Below, piece by piece: positions 36,016-45,594 of a stretch of 64,000 nucleotides of DNA. The notes beneath the pieces were generated by a model that saw only the letters and a program-made list of their open reading frames with translations, did no database searches and was not told the DNA's origin. Within the stretch, counting starts at the first letter, position 1. Every line of letters starts with the position of its first letter. The translations under genes were made by a program, and so were the position numbers. The DNA comes from Pseudomonadales bacterium. Lineage in GTDB: Bacteria; Pseudomonadota; Gammaproteobacteria; Pseudomonadales; Azotimanducaceae. The stretch lies in contig OY760134.1 of NCBI GenBank assembly GCA_963663145.1, forward strand, positions 256,416 to 320,415, written 5' to 3'.

Positions 36016-36732
36016 GCGCCGCCCGGTGCATCATGCCCATGAAGGCTTCGACAAACACTTCATAGCGATTCATGAGATCTTCGACCTTGACCGAGAAGCG
36101 GTTGTAGGCAATCACTGCGGGAATCGCGGCAAACAGGCCCATGGCGGTGGCGATCAGGGCTTCGGAGATGCCCGGTGCCACGGCGGTCAGGGAAGCCTGG
36201 GTGAGATTGGCCAGACTTCGGAACGAATTCATGATGCCCCAGACGGTTCCGAAGAGTCCGACATAGGGGCTGGTTGACCCCACAGTGGCAAGAAAGCCAA
36301 GGTTTCTGGTAAGCCGGTCTTCTTCCTGCAAGAGCGCGACCCGCATGGCCCTTTGCACGCCCTGCACCACAGCTTCCGGTTCATGTCCGCGCAAGCGTAC
36401 AAATTCGCCGAATCCAGATACGAACAGGTTTTCCATACCGCTCAGTTCACCTTCGAATTCGGACAGTTCGCGATGAAACTCACGCAAGTCGATGCCTGAC
36501 CAGAAATGATCCTCGAACGCATCGATTGAGCGTTGCACTCGTCCAAGCAGAATCACGCGCTGAAAGATCATGTACCAGGAAACGAGGGAGGCGATCAGCA
36601 ATAGCAGCATCACGATCTGCACAACCGGGGTTGCGCCAACTACTAGGCTGACGATTGAAAGTGGTTCTGGCATACGGCTGCTCCCTAATCGGTCTTGTTC
36701 AGAATAGTCTTATGGCGTTGGCAAACATGTGT

Positions 36733-37791
36733 TCATGCACCTTCCTTCGAATCCGGCAAGCCGAGTTCGGCTTGACTGCGCGCGTTCCCGTCACCAGATT
36801 TGGGTTGATCGAGTCCGAGGTGCGCATAGGCCTTGCGCGAGACCACCCTGCCTCTGGGCGTGCGCAGCAGGAAGCCTTCCTGCACCAGAAAGGGTTCGAT
36901 CACGTCGGTGATGGTGTCTTGCTCGAGACTGCTCGCCGCGGCCATGGCGGTGAGTCCGGCCGGGCCTCCTTCGTACTTCTCAATGATGTCTTGGATCAAA
37001 TGACGATCCCGCCCGTCGAGTCCGGCTTGGTCCACATCCAGCCAATTGAGCGCCTCGTCAGCAATCGACCGAGTAATGCTTCCCTGATGGCGAATTTCGG
37101 CGTAGTCGCGGACGCGCTTGAGGAGCCGATTGGCGATTCTAGGCGTGCCCCTTGAGCGGCGCGCGATTTCCAATGCGCCTTCTGTGTCCACGGAGATTCT
37201 CAGCCGTTCGGCTGATCGCGTGACGATTTCGGCTAACTCGCTTGGCGTGTAGAAGGCAAGATGCACATCGATTCCGAACCGGTCGCGGAGCGGCGAACTC
37301 AGCATTCCGGGTCGGGTGGTCGCGCCGATCACGGTCATGGGTGGCAAGGGCAAGCGCACGGGCTTGGCACCCGGACCTTCTTCTTGTAAGAAGTCCATGA
37401 CGAAATCCTCCATTGCCGGATAGAGGAACTCTTCGACCGGGCGGTTCATGCGATGCACTTCGTCGATGAAGAAGACATCGCCTCGTTTCAAGTTGGTGAG
37501 CAGGCCTGCCAAGTCGCCCTTTCGCTCCAAGAGGGTGCCGCTGGTAGTTTTGATGTCTACCTCGAATGCGTTGGCGATCACTTGGGCAAGTGTCGTCTTG
37601 CCGAGGCCCGGAGGACCGCTGATCAGCAGATGATCGAGTGCTTGTCCGCGTCGCTTGGCGGCTTCGACATAGAGGCGCAGTTGGTCCACGACCCGCACCT
37701 GGCCGATGTACTCATCGAAAGTCTTCGGGCGCAGCGCCTTGTCGAGTACCAGATCGTCGGCGTCCGCGTAGGCTGTCAGCGGGCGATTCAT
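36733..37791 (-). CDS. ruvB: Holliday junction branch migration helicase RuvB
   Basis: Walker A is GPPGLGKTT and Walker B is FIDEVHR. RuvB sensor regions are present (ATTRPGMLSSPLRDRFG). Confidence 0.95.
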   Translation of the reverse strand: MNRPLTAYADADDLVLDKALRPKTFDEYIGQVRVVDQLRLYVEAAKRRGQALDHLLISGPPGLGKTTLAQVIANAFEVDIKTTSGTLLERKGDLAGLLTNLKRGDVFFIDEVHRMNRPVEEFLYPAMEDFVMDFLQEEGPGAKPVRLPLPPMTVIGATTRPGMLSSPLRDRFGIDVHLAFYTPSELAEIVTRSAERLRISVDTEGALEIARRSRGTPRIANRLLKRVRDYAEIRHQGSITRSIADEALNWLDVDQAGLDGRDRHLIQDIIEKYEGGPAGLTAMAAASSLEQDTITDVIEPFLVQEGFLLRTPRGRVVSRKAYAHLGLDQPKSGDGNARSQAELGLPDSKEGA

Positions 37792-38393
37792 AGCTGCGCC
37801 CCCGCCGAGGCGCGCAGTGCCGCCTGCAAGGCTTCTTCAAACTCCATGTCCGCATTCACATGGATTTGCACAAGCTGCTTGGCTTCCTGCGCCTTGAATC
37901 CAAGCTGTTGTACCAGCGCTCTGATTACGGCATCACCGACGCTGCTTGACCCAGTGCCCGCCTGCGGCGAGGTACCGTCGCCCAAGGCACTGGTCGCGAG
38001 CTTCTCCTTCAGGTTGAAACACAATCGCACCGCCGTCTTTTTGCCGATGCCGGAGACCTTGCAAAAGGCCGCCTGATTGTCGTTGTGCGCATGCTCGGCA
38101 AGCTGGCTTGGCGTGAATTCCGAAAGCAAAGAGAGCGCCATCGCGGGACCAACACCGTCGGTGCGAATGAGCAGACGGAAGGTGTCTCGATCAGGCAGCT
38201 CGGTGAAACCGAACAGCCTCTGCGCATCTTCCCGTACGATGAAATGGGTATGCAGCAGTTGTGTCTCGCCGATGTCCGCCAGCTCTTCCATGGCTCTCGA
38301 TGGCACCTCGACTTCATAGCCGACACCCCCCACGTCGAGCACCGCTAAGCGTTCGTCCTTCTCCACCAAACGTCCTTCAAGCCGACCGATCAT
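37788..38393 (-). CDS. ruvA: Holliday junction DNA-binding protein RuvA
   Basis: MIGRLEGRLVEK...GVGYEV and HhH motifs (VSGIGKKTA) fit RuvA. It overlaps ruvB and ruvC by 4 nt each. Confidence 0.92.
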   Translation of the reverse strand: MIGRLEGRLVEKDERLAVLDVGGVGYEVEVPSRAMEELADIGETQLLHTHFIVREDAQRLFGFTELPDRDTFRLLIRTDGVGPAMALSLLSEFTPSQLAEHAHNDNQAAFCKVSGIGKKTAVRLCFNLKEKLATSALGDGTSPQAGTGSSSVGDAVIRALVQQLGFKAQEAKQLVQIHVNADMEFEEALQAALRASAGAQL

Positions 38394-38866
38394 GCATCCG
38401 CTCCCAGACTCAGATGATGGCAGATTGCCGCGGCGAGGGCATCCGCCGCGTCTTCTTCGGGTGTTTCGGTGAGTTCGAGCAGCACGCGTACCATGAACTG
38501 AACCTTGTGTTTGCTCGCGTGCCCATCACCCGTCACCATACGCTTGATTTGCGTTGAAGGGTAATCGTGCACCTTCAGATCCTTGCCGATGCATGCGCCG
38601 AGAATCACACCCCTGGCTTGGCCAAGCACCAGCGCCGAAGAAGCGTTGGTCGCCATAAAGACCTCTTCCATCGCCACGGCGTCTGGATTGTGAATATCCA
38701 TCACATCGGACAGCCGCCGGTAGATTTCGACCAGACGCTCGCCCCGTTCTTTAGCGCCCGCACGAATGCGTCCGTGATCAATGTGTCGAATCTTGCCGTC
38801 TTCAACTCCGACCACGCCGAACCCGGTGATACGAGAGCCTGGATCTATGCCTAAAATCCTTTGCAC
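38390..38866 (-). CDS. ruvC: Crossover junction endodeoxyribonuclease RuvC
   Basis: ILGIDPGSRITGFGVV and the C-terminal DAADALAAAICH fit RuvC. Confidence 0.92.
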   Translation of the reverse strand: MQRILGIDPGSRITGFGVVGVEDGKIRHIDHGRIRAGAKERGERLVEIYRRLSDVMDIHNPDAVAMEEVFMATNASSALVLGQARGVILGACIGKDLKVHDYPSTQIKRMVTGDGHASKHKVQFMVRVLLELTETPEEDAADALAAAICHHLSLGADA

Positions 38867-38887
38867 GGCGCCTCAGAATTCCATTCC

Positions 38888-39610
38888 TCAGCCGTATTCC
38901 AAATTGGAATGCACCCCTTGCACATCGTCCAAATCTTCAAGCGCATCGATGAGGCGCAGGACCTTTTCCGCATCCGACTCATCGAGCACGGCATTCACGC
39001 TCGGCACCATGGCGAGTTCCGCATCCATGGATTCGAGGCCGCGCTTCGCGAGCCCCTCCACTATGTCGGCGAAGCTGCCCTCATCGGTTACCACGCAGAG
39101 TGAGCCATCCTCATTGCTTTCTATGTCTTCCGCCCCAAGGTCGAGGGCCGCCTCGTAGACTTCATCCTCATCAACGCCCGGCGCGAAGGGGATCAGCCCG
39201 CGACGCTGAAACAGGTAGGCAACCGAGCCGTCGGTGCCGAGATTGCCGCCGTGCTTGGAGAAGGCGTGGCGGACTGCCGCCACGGTACGATTGCGGTTGT
39301 CAGTCATGACTTCGACGAGCAGCGCGACGCCGGAAGGCGCATAGCCCTCGAAGGTCACTTCCTCATAGTCACTACCTTCAAGGCCGCTCGCCCCCCTGGA
39401 TATGGCGCGATCAATCGTATCTTTGGGGATGTTGGCACCCATGGCTTTGACCAACACGGTGCGCAGCTTTGGATTGTCCTCCGGGTTGCCGCCGCCCAAG
39501 CGTGCAGCAACGGTGATTTCGCGTATCAGTTTTCCATAGATCTTCTGACGCTTGGAATCCTGTCGCGCTTTGCGGTGCTTGATGTTTGCCCATTTGCTAT
39601 GGCCGGCCAT
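38888..39610 (-). CDS. YebC/PmpR-family DNA-binding transcriptional regulator
   Basis: MAGHSKWANIKHRKARQDSKR is the family N-terminal signature, and the protein is 240 aa. Confidence 0.92.
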   Translation of the reverse strand: MAGHSKWANIKHRKARQDSKRQKIYGKLIREITVAARLGGGNPEDNPKLRTVLVKAMGANIPKDTIDRAISRGASGLEGSDYEEVTFEGYAPSGVALLVEVMTDNRNRTVAAVRHAFSKHGGNLGTDGSVAYLFQRRGLIPFAPGVDEDEVYEAALDLGAEDIESNEDGSLCVVTDEGSFADIVEGLAKRGLESMDAELAMVPSVNAVLDESDAEKVLRLIDALEDLDDVQGVHSNLEYG

Positions 39611-39614
39611 GCGA

Positions 39615-41408
39615 CTATCCAGACAAGCGGCGACGCTCTAAGCCGAGCTCCCGAAGCTGCTCCGCGCTCACTTCGGATGGCGCGCCTGTTAACGGGCATA
39701 TGGCGTTTTGCGTCTTCGGGAAGGCGATCACATCACGGATGGACTCACTGCCCGTCAGCAGCATGGCGAGGCGGTCCACACCGAGTGCGATACCGCCGTG
39801 CGGAGGGCATCCGTATTCGAGCGCATCGAGGAAAAAGCCGAATCGCCGCCGTGCCTCCTTATCATCAAGGCCAATGACCTCGAACACAGCGCGCTGCATG
39901 TCCCGCTGGTGAGATCTGATCGACCCTCCGCCGAGTTCGTGTCCGTTCAAGACCACGTCGTAGGCCTTGGCCAGGGCGGTTTCCGGATTTGCGCACAGTT
40001 CATCGACCGAACAAGCAGGCTGGGTGAAGGGATGATGCGCGGCCGTTAATCGACCATCACCGGCTTTCTCGAACATGGGCCAGTCGATCACCCAACAGGG
40101 GGCCCAGCGGTCTTCAATGAGCCCAAGATCTTCACCGAGGCGATTGCGCAATGCGCCCATGGATTGGTTTACGGTATCCGCGTCGCCGGCGCCGAAGAAG
40201 ACGAGATCACCCGTGTTCAATGCACAGACATCAACTATCCCGAGCGCCGCCTCCTCGCCGAGGAACTTGACGATCGGCGATTGCAGACCATCCATGCCCG
40301 CAGCGCCGTCCAAAACCTTGATATAGGCGAGTCCGCGCGCGCCGTAGCGACCCACAAAGGCCGTGTAGTCGTCGATGGCTTTTCGCGAGAGAGCGCCGCC
40401 TCCCGGCACCGGCAGCGCAACAACCCGTGACCCGGGCGCGCCCGCCGGGTCCCGAAACACCTTGAAGTCAACCTCGCGCATAGCGTCCGCGATGTCGTGA
40501 ATGCGCAGAGGATTGCGCAGGTCCGGCTTGTCGGAACAGTAGCGGCCCATGGCTTCGGCGTAGGTCAGCACCGGAAATTCGCTAAGCTCGACATCGATCG
40601 ACTCGCGAAACACGGCGCGCAGCATGGATTCGGTGAAGTGCATCACCTCGGTCTGGTTTACGAGCGCGGCTTCTATGTCAATTTGCGTGAATTCGGGCTG
40701 TCGGTCGGCGCGCAGGTCTTCATCGCGGAAACACTTGACGATCTGATAGTAGCGGTCCATACCGCTCATCATCAGCAGTTGTTTGAACATCTGCGGCGAT
40801 TGTGGCAAGGCATAGAAGTCGCCTTGACGAACGCGGCTCGGGACTAGGTAATCGCGCGCACCCTCTGGGGTCGAACGAGTCAGCATGGGCGTTTCTATTT
40901 CAATGAATCCCATGGATTCGAGTGAACGGCGCACAGCCCCGACCGCGCGCGCGCGCGCTCGCAATCGTTGTTGCATCTCCGGCCTGCGAAGATCGAGATA
41001 TCTATAGCGCAGGCGGATGTCCTCGCCAGCATCCGAGTATTCATCGAGGTTGAAGGGAGGCGTCTTGGAGGCGCCCAGCACCTCAAGTGAACGACCAAGC
41101 ACCTCGACTTCGCCGGTGTCCATCTTCGCATTAATGGTCTCTTGGCTACGCAGACCCACTTCACCCGAAACGCGCAGAAAATGCTCGCTGCGTACGCTCT
41201 CGGCGAGGGCAAAGCTCTCTTTTCGATCCGGGTGATAGACGATCTGCGTGATGCCGGTGTGGTCTCTCAAGTCGAGAAAAATCACCCCGCCATGATCGCG
41301 ACGACGGTTCACCCATCCGCAAAGCTGCACCGTAGTGCCCTTTGCATCGGCGCGCAGTTCGCCGCACATATGGCTACGCATGCTTGAAGCTGCGGGGGGT
41401 TGGGTCAT
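39615..41408 (-). CDS. aspS: Aspartate--tRNA ligase
   Basis: It has an OB anticodon-binding N-terminus, class II motifs (FRDEDLRADRQPEFTQID; GGGSIR; GIALGVDRL) and the bacterial GAD insertion, at 597 aa. Confidence 0.95.
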   Translation of the reverse strand: MTQPPAASSMRSHMCGELRADAKGTTVQLCGWVNRRRDHGGVIFLDLRDHTGITQIVYHPDRKESFALAESVRSEHFLRVSGEVGLRSQETINAKMDTGEVEVLGRSLEVLGASKTPPFNLDEYSDAGEDIRLRYRYLDLRRPEMQQRLRARARAVGAVRRSLESMGFIEIETPMLTRSTPEGARDYLVPSRVRQGDFYALPQSPQMFKQLLMMSGMDRYYQIVKCFRDEDLRADRQPEFTQIDIEAALVNQTEVMHFTESMLRAVFRESIDVELSEFPVLTYAEAMGRYCSDKPDLRNPLRIHDIADAMREVDFKVFRDPAGAPGSRVVALPVPGGGALSRKAIDDYTAFVGRYGARGLAYIKVLDGAAGMDGLQSPIVKFLGEEAALGIVDVCALNTGDLVFFGAGDADTVNQSMGALRNRLGEDLGLIEDRWAPCWVIDWPMFEKAGDGRLTAAHHPFTQPACSVDELCANPETALAKAYDVVLNGHELGGGSIRSHQRDMQRAVFEVIGLDDKEARRRFGFFLDALEYGCPPHGGIALGVDRLAMLLTGSESIRDVIAFPKTQNAICPLTGAPSEVSAEQLRELGLERRRLSG

Positions 41409-41755
41409 TCCGACTTGCTCTCGGACTTGGATGAGGCTTTGGCGGTCGAGCTCTCGCCGTTGCTCTTCGAGCCGCTCTCGGATTTCGTCGAGGTGCCCTT
41501 ATCGTCCTTCTTGGCCGACGAATCCGCTTCCTTCTCGCCCGAAGATTCGGATTTGATCACGTTACGCGCATCTCCCTGCTTGAAGTCGGTCTCGTACCAA
41601 CCGCCGCCCTTCAAGCGAAAGGCGACCGGGGAAATAAGTTTTCTCAAGCTGTCAACTCCACACACTGGACAGTCCGTCAATGGCGTTTCACTCATGCGCT
41701 GAATCGTCTCGAACTGGTGTTCACAGTTCCTACACTGATATTCGTAGATCGGCAT
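41405..41755 (-). CDS. FmdB-family zinc-ribbon protein with a Ser/Lys-rich tail
   Basis: MPIYEYQCRNCEHQFE...CPVCG is the FmdB/CxxC-x-CxxC regulatory zinc ribbon. ATG 41755 is used. The stop overlaps the aspS start (ATGA-type coupling). Confidence 0.8.
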   Translation of the reverse strand: MPIYEYQCRNCEHQFETIQRMSETPLTDCPVCGVDSLRKLISPVAFRLKGGGWYETDFKQGDARNVIKSESSGEKEADSSAKKDDKGTSTKSESGSKSNGESSTAKASSKSESKSE

Positions 41756-41936
41756 AGGGATATAAGGGTGTTTCGCCCACTCAAAATACAAGATGACAAT
41801 GATAAAGGTAAGTAAGCAGCAATTCTTGCTCTACGCGCAGAATCTGCACTAGGGAAGGGCTAGTTGCGTAAGACTTGTGGGATGTTGTTCCAAGAAACTA
41901 GGAAACAGCGCACCGACACATGCCGTACAAGCAAAT

Positions 41937-42125
41937 TCACTTGAGCGGTCCCACGCCGAGATCCTTGCAGATTTTTCTCGCTGGGAACTTGCCGATTTCT
42001 CGGTGTCGCGGAATCGCTGATCGGCGCTCGCCTTTTCCGTCACGCCACCATGAGTGACTTCTGAATTCTCGAATTTTCTCGCAACCCTGTTGGCGAAGGA
42101 GCTTCAACAGCTAGGCTCGCTTCAT
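41937..42125 (-). pseudogene. HicA/YcfA-type toxin gene with TAG at codon 5 (or a 56-aa product from TTG 42107)
   Basis: Hand translation gives MKRA*LLKLLRQQGCEKIREFRSHSWWRDGKGERRSAIPRHREIGKFPAREICKDLGVGPLK. It matches the HicA pattern MKR.(D/E)L...L...GC.....G.H......G....VPRH.EI......I...L. Absent from the ORF track because it is under 60 aa. Confidence 0.55.
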
Positions 42126-42364
42126 GCAATGGCGACCTTCTCTTCAAAATAGTCATCGTCAGCAGCAGCCAACCCGTCTTGGCGATTGAATTCGAGCGCC
42201 TCGGAAAGCGTCTGGGCAAGACTTCGACGCAGCTCCTCGTGCGTGCGTTCCTGACAGTTCACACCCTGAACTTCCTCAATCCAGCCAACCCACCATTCGC
42301 CGCTCCGCTTAATGACGGCTGTGTATTCCGTCTCTGTGTTCCGTTCCGCTTACAGGTCTCGCAT
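42122..42364 (-). pseudogene. Short HicB/UPF0150-type antitoxin gene with TAA at codon 5
   Basis: Hand translation gives MRDL*AERNTETEYTAVIKRSGEWWVGWIEEVQGVNCQERTHEELRRSLAQTLSEALEFNRQDGLAAADDDYFEEKVAIA. There is no alternative ATG/GTG/TTG after the stop. Its stop overlaps the hicA-like ATG (ATGA). Confidence 0.5.
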
Positions 42365-42393
42365 CTCAGGAGTATAAACCCATGTCGAAAGTC

Positions 42394-43281
42394 TCACTCG
42401 CCGCTACTGCGGTATTTCTCATTCAAGCTCCAGAGTATCGCAAGCGTCTCGACATCAGGTTCTCCGGAATAGCCGCTGGGACGAAAACGAAGTTGCATGG
42501 CGCGAACGGCAAAGCGCGTCTGATTGTCAAGTTCACCTGTTGTTCTCACCTGATAGCCGAGTCTCAATAGGGCGGTCTGCAGCTTCTCAATTGATGGCGG
42601 CTCGGTTGCGAATTGCGACTCGAAGCGCGCCTTGGCTTCTTGCTCATACCAAGCGCCGATGCCTGCCTCGTACAGCCGCTGCCAGGGGAACAGCGGACCA
42701 GGGTCCGACCTGTACGGGATCACAATATCGGAGTGGGCGACCACGTCGAGTGGGGCGATGTTGGGATGGCGTTGCAAAATCCCGTGGAGCAACTCGATGA
42801 CCATGTCGATTTGCGCTTCGCTGAACGGCAGGAAATTACATTGCACCGAATCGAGTGGGCTGTCCGGACTCGTATTCGCAGCCTCCTCACAACGGAATTC
42901 ATTCACGATTTCTATGCCAATCGAGCGGCTGTTCAGTGCCGTTATTCCCGCCCAGTAGCTGGGGCCCGCATGCCATGCTGCTCGATCTTCATCGACGAAC
43001 TGATGCAAGCGAAGACTGCGGTGATTGTAGGTGGGGTCGCCTTCGGCGGGAATCAGATAGTGCGAGCTGACCGGGCGGTCAGTCCGAGTTGTGAGCAATC
43101 TCACCGATTCGGCGAAATCTTCGGAGGTGGCATGAATCACAACATGGTCCACCCGACTGCTGTGATTGGTCGATTCGATGATGACCGTGTCTGTGCAGGC
43201 GACCAGCAACCACGGGAGAATAAGCACTTGCAGTTTTTTCGCCCAGCGAATGCCGTTGCTAGTGACGGTAGTGAATCTCAT
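42394..43281 (-). CDS. N-acetylmuramoyl-L-alanine amidase lipoprotein (AmiD/AmpD fold) with a C-terminal peptidoglycan-binding domain
   Basis: It has the lipobox LLVAC and Amidase_2 motifs (VVIHATSE, SSHYLIP, AWHAG, SIGIEIVN). It also has a PG_binding_1-like C-terminus (LQTALLRLGYQVRTTGELDNQTRFAVRAMQ). Confidence 0.85.
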   Translation of the reverse strand: MRFTTVTSNGIRWAKKLQVLILPWLLVACTDTVIIESTNHSSRVDHVVIHATSEDFAESVRLLTTRTDRPVSSHYLIPAEGDPTYNHRSLRLHQFVDEDRAAWHAGPSYWAGITALNSRSIGIEIVNEFRCEEAANTSPDSPLDSVQCNFLPFSEAQIDMVIELLHGILQRHPNIAPLDVVAHSDIVIPYRSDPGPLFPWQRLYEAGIGAWYEQEAKARFESQFATEPPSIEKLQTALLRLGYQVRTTGELDNQTRFAVRAMQLRFRPSGYSGEPDVETLAILWSLNEKYRSSGE

Positions 43282-43397
43282 GGTGACCTTCTCCTCTGAC
43301 GTTCATATGCAAAAGCCTTAGTATGCGCGATTGCTGGGCAGAGCGTGAGAAGGAAAAACTTGCCCGCAGCTTCAGTCCCGACGAAATGGAGGTCACT

Positions 43398-45353
43398 ATG
43401 AGAAGAAATGTGCTGCTTATCGCCTGCGTGTGGCAACTCTCTGCTTGCAGCGGTCCCGGGGACGTCCAGAAGAGCGAACGGCAAAGCCTGACCGAATCCT
43501 CTCCCGCGCACGCGCCGATTTCCGAGCAAACGATATGCGCCGAGCATGACCCCAACCGCATGGCCTTGTTCGGCGACCTGCACGTCCATACCAGCTATTC
43601 CTTTGATGCCGCCGCGAACAGCATCGGATCCACGCCCTTTGATGCCAACAATTACGCCAAGGGGGAAGTGATTTCCTTCTTTCCAGTCGACGAGCAGGGC
43701 GTACCACGAGGAACAACGCAAATCGACCGGCCACTCGACTTCCTCGCCGTCACGGACCATGGCGAATTTCTCGGAGAACGGGCGATTTGCCGGACGCAAG
43801 GCTCGCCCGCCTTTGACACAGCGTTCTGTAGGAATTACCGCAGCGACCAGCGGGTTGGCATGACCATGCTCGGCACGGTCATCACGACTGAAACGCCGCA
43901 ACGAGTTGCGGAGATCTGCGGCGAGAACGGCGAACACTGCTTGGAGTTCGCGAAAACACCTTGGCAAGATATTCAAGATGCGGCCAATGAGGCGAACGAG
44001 CCCTGCCGCTTTACGAGTTTTGTGGCTTATGAATACACCGGCACGCCTATGGTCTCCAACTACCACCGCAATGTCATCTTCCGTGACGAGCATGTGCCCG
44101 AGTTGCCCGTGAGCTACATAGACGCACCGTCCGATAGTCAGCTCTGGTCAAGGCTCGATGCGGTGTGCAGCGAGGCGGATGGCTGCAGCTATCTGACCAT
44201 TCCTCACAACACCAATCTCGCCAATGGCCGCATGGCACCCTACCGCGGATTGGAAGATTCCTTGGCGGCCAAACAGGAGTATGCCGAGACCCGGCTGCTG
44301 CGTGAACCCATCATGGAAGTGTTCCAGCACAAGGGTAATTCGGAATGCATCAACGGGCTCTCCAGCGTACTCGGCGCACCAGACGAACTTTGCGATATGG
44401 AAGCGGTACGGAGACTTGGCGAGGAGAGGTTACTCGCGATCGGTGGCTTGGATGGTTCACAGCCCACCTATCCTCAGCCCGTGGCGGTGACCACTGAAGA
44501 GTGCGGGCCGGACGAAGTGGGTCAAGGTGGCATGCTCGGTGCCGGATGCGTTCATCCGAGTGATTTTCAGCGCTCGGCGTTGCTGCTCGGCCTTCGCGAA
44601 GCACAGGCCATTGGCATGAACCCCATCAAGCTCGGCATCATCGCCGCGACGGACACGCACACCGCCACCGCCGGCGGCGTCTCTGAAAGCGATTGGGTGG
44701 GTGCCGTGACGGGCGAGTCCACTCCCGCCGAACGCTTGCAGCCTGGGCTCCTGACGAGTGGCATCGATGGGAATCCGGGCGGGCTCGCCGGCGTCTGGGC
44801 CGAGCAGAATACTCGCGATGCCGTTTTCGATGCCATGTTGCGGCGCGAAGTGTTCGGTACCACAGGGCCGAGAATTCGCGTTCGGCTGTTTGGTGGATGG
44901 AATCTCTCGCCAGATCTCTGTGAGCGCAATGACATGGTCTCCCTCGCCTACCGCCAAGGAGTACCCATGGGCGGCGACCTTATGCAGGCTGAAGGCAATC
45001 CAAAACTCCTCGCCTACGCAGTGAAGGACCCTGATGGCTCAGACCTCACCGATCTGCAACTCATCAAAGGCTGGGTGGGCGAGGGTGGCACACTCCACAG
45101 TCAAGTGCTTTCGATTGCTTCCGCGCCCGAGGGTAAGGCCAGCCTTTGCGCCGTCTATACCGACGAAGATTTCAACCCGGAGCAATCCACCTACTACTAC
45201 CTGCGCGCCGTCGAGCCACCACAAGCCAGATGGCATACCTACGATTGCGCGCGTCTCGAACAGCAAGACCGCCCGGCCCTATGCAACGACGGCAGCTATC
45301 CTCCCGAGATCAGAGAGATGGCCTGGTCCTCGCCGATATGGTATCGATCATAA
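43398..45353 (+). CDS. DUF3604-family (PHP-like metallo-phosphoesterase fold) lipoprotein
   Basis: FGDLHVHTSYSFDA is the DUF3604 N-terminal metal-binding motif. ATG 43398 has SD GGAGG upstream and gives a lipoprotein signal peptide (LLIACVWQLSAC). Confidence 0.85.
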   Translation: MRRNVLLIACVWQLSACSGPGDVQKSERQSLTESSPAHAPISEQTICAEHDPNRMALFGDLHVHTSYSFDAAANSIGSTPFDANNYAKGEVISFFPVDEQGVPRGTTQIDRPLDFLAVTDHGEFLGERAICRTQGSPAFDTAFCRNYRSDQRVGMTMLGTVITTETPQRVAEICGENGEHCLEFAKTPWQDIQDAANEANEPCRFTSFVAYEYTGTPMVSNYHRNVIFRDEHVPELPVSYIDAPSDSQLWSRLDAVCSEADGCSYLTIPHNTNLANGRMAPYRGLEDSLAAKQEYAETRLLREPIMEVFQHKGNSECINGLSSVLGAPDELCDMEAVRRLGEERLLAIGGLDGSQPTYPQPVAVTTEECGPDEVGQGGMLGAGCVHPSDFQRSALLLGLREAQAIGMNPIKLGIIAATDTHTATAGGVSESDWVGAVTGESTPAERLQPGLLTSGIDGNPGGLAGVWAEQNTRDAVFDAMLRREVFGTTGPRIRVRLFGGWNLSPDLCERNDMVSLAYRQGVPMGGDLMQAEGNPKLLAYAVKDPDGSDLTDLQLIKGWVGEGGTLHSQVLSIASAPEGKASLCAVYTDEDFNPEQSTYYYLRAVEPPQARWHTYDCARLEQQDRPALCNDGSYPPEIREMAWSSPIWYRS

Positions 45354-45594
45354 GAGAACTGCTCTTTCGAGGAATAATAGACAAAGCAAGCCAAGCCTTC
45401 TTCGCTCGCCGCGCAATTTGTTCTAATGGGGGTTGAAGCCTCGTTGTTCCTTGCGTGTCGGCGCTCTTGGCTGCGATAATTCAAACTAATTCTGAAAAAA
45501 ACCTGAAATTATCTAGTTTTATGTTCCATTTTTACTGGCTTTTCCTCTAGAATCCCCAAGATTTGTTGCCGATACTTGTTCGTGAGACTGCAAA

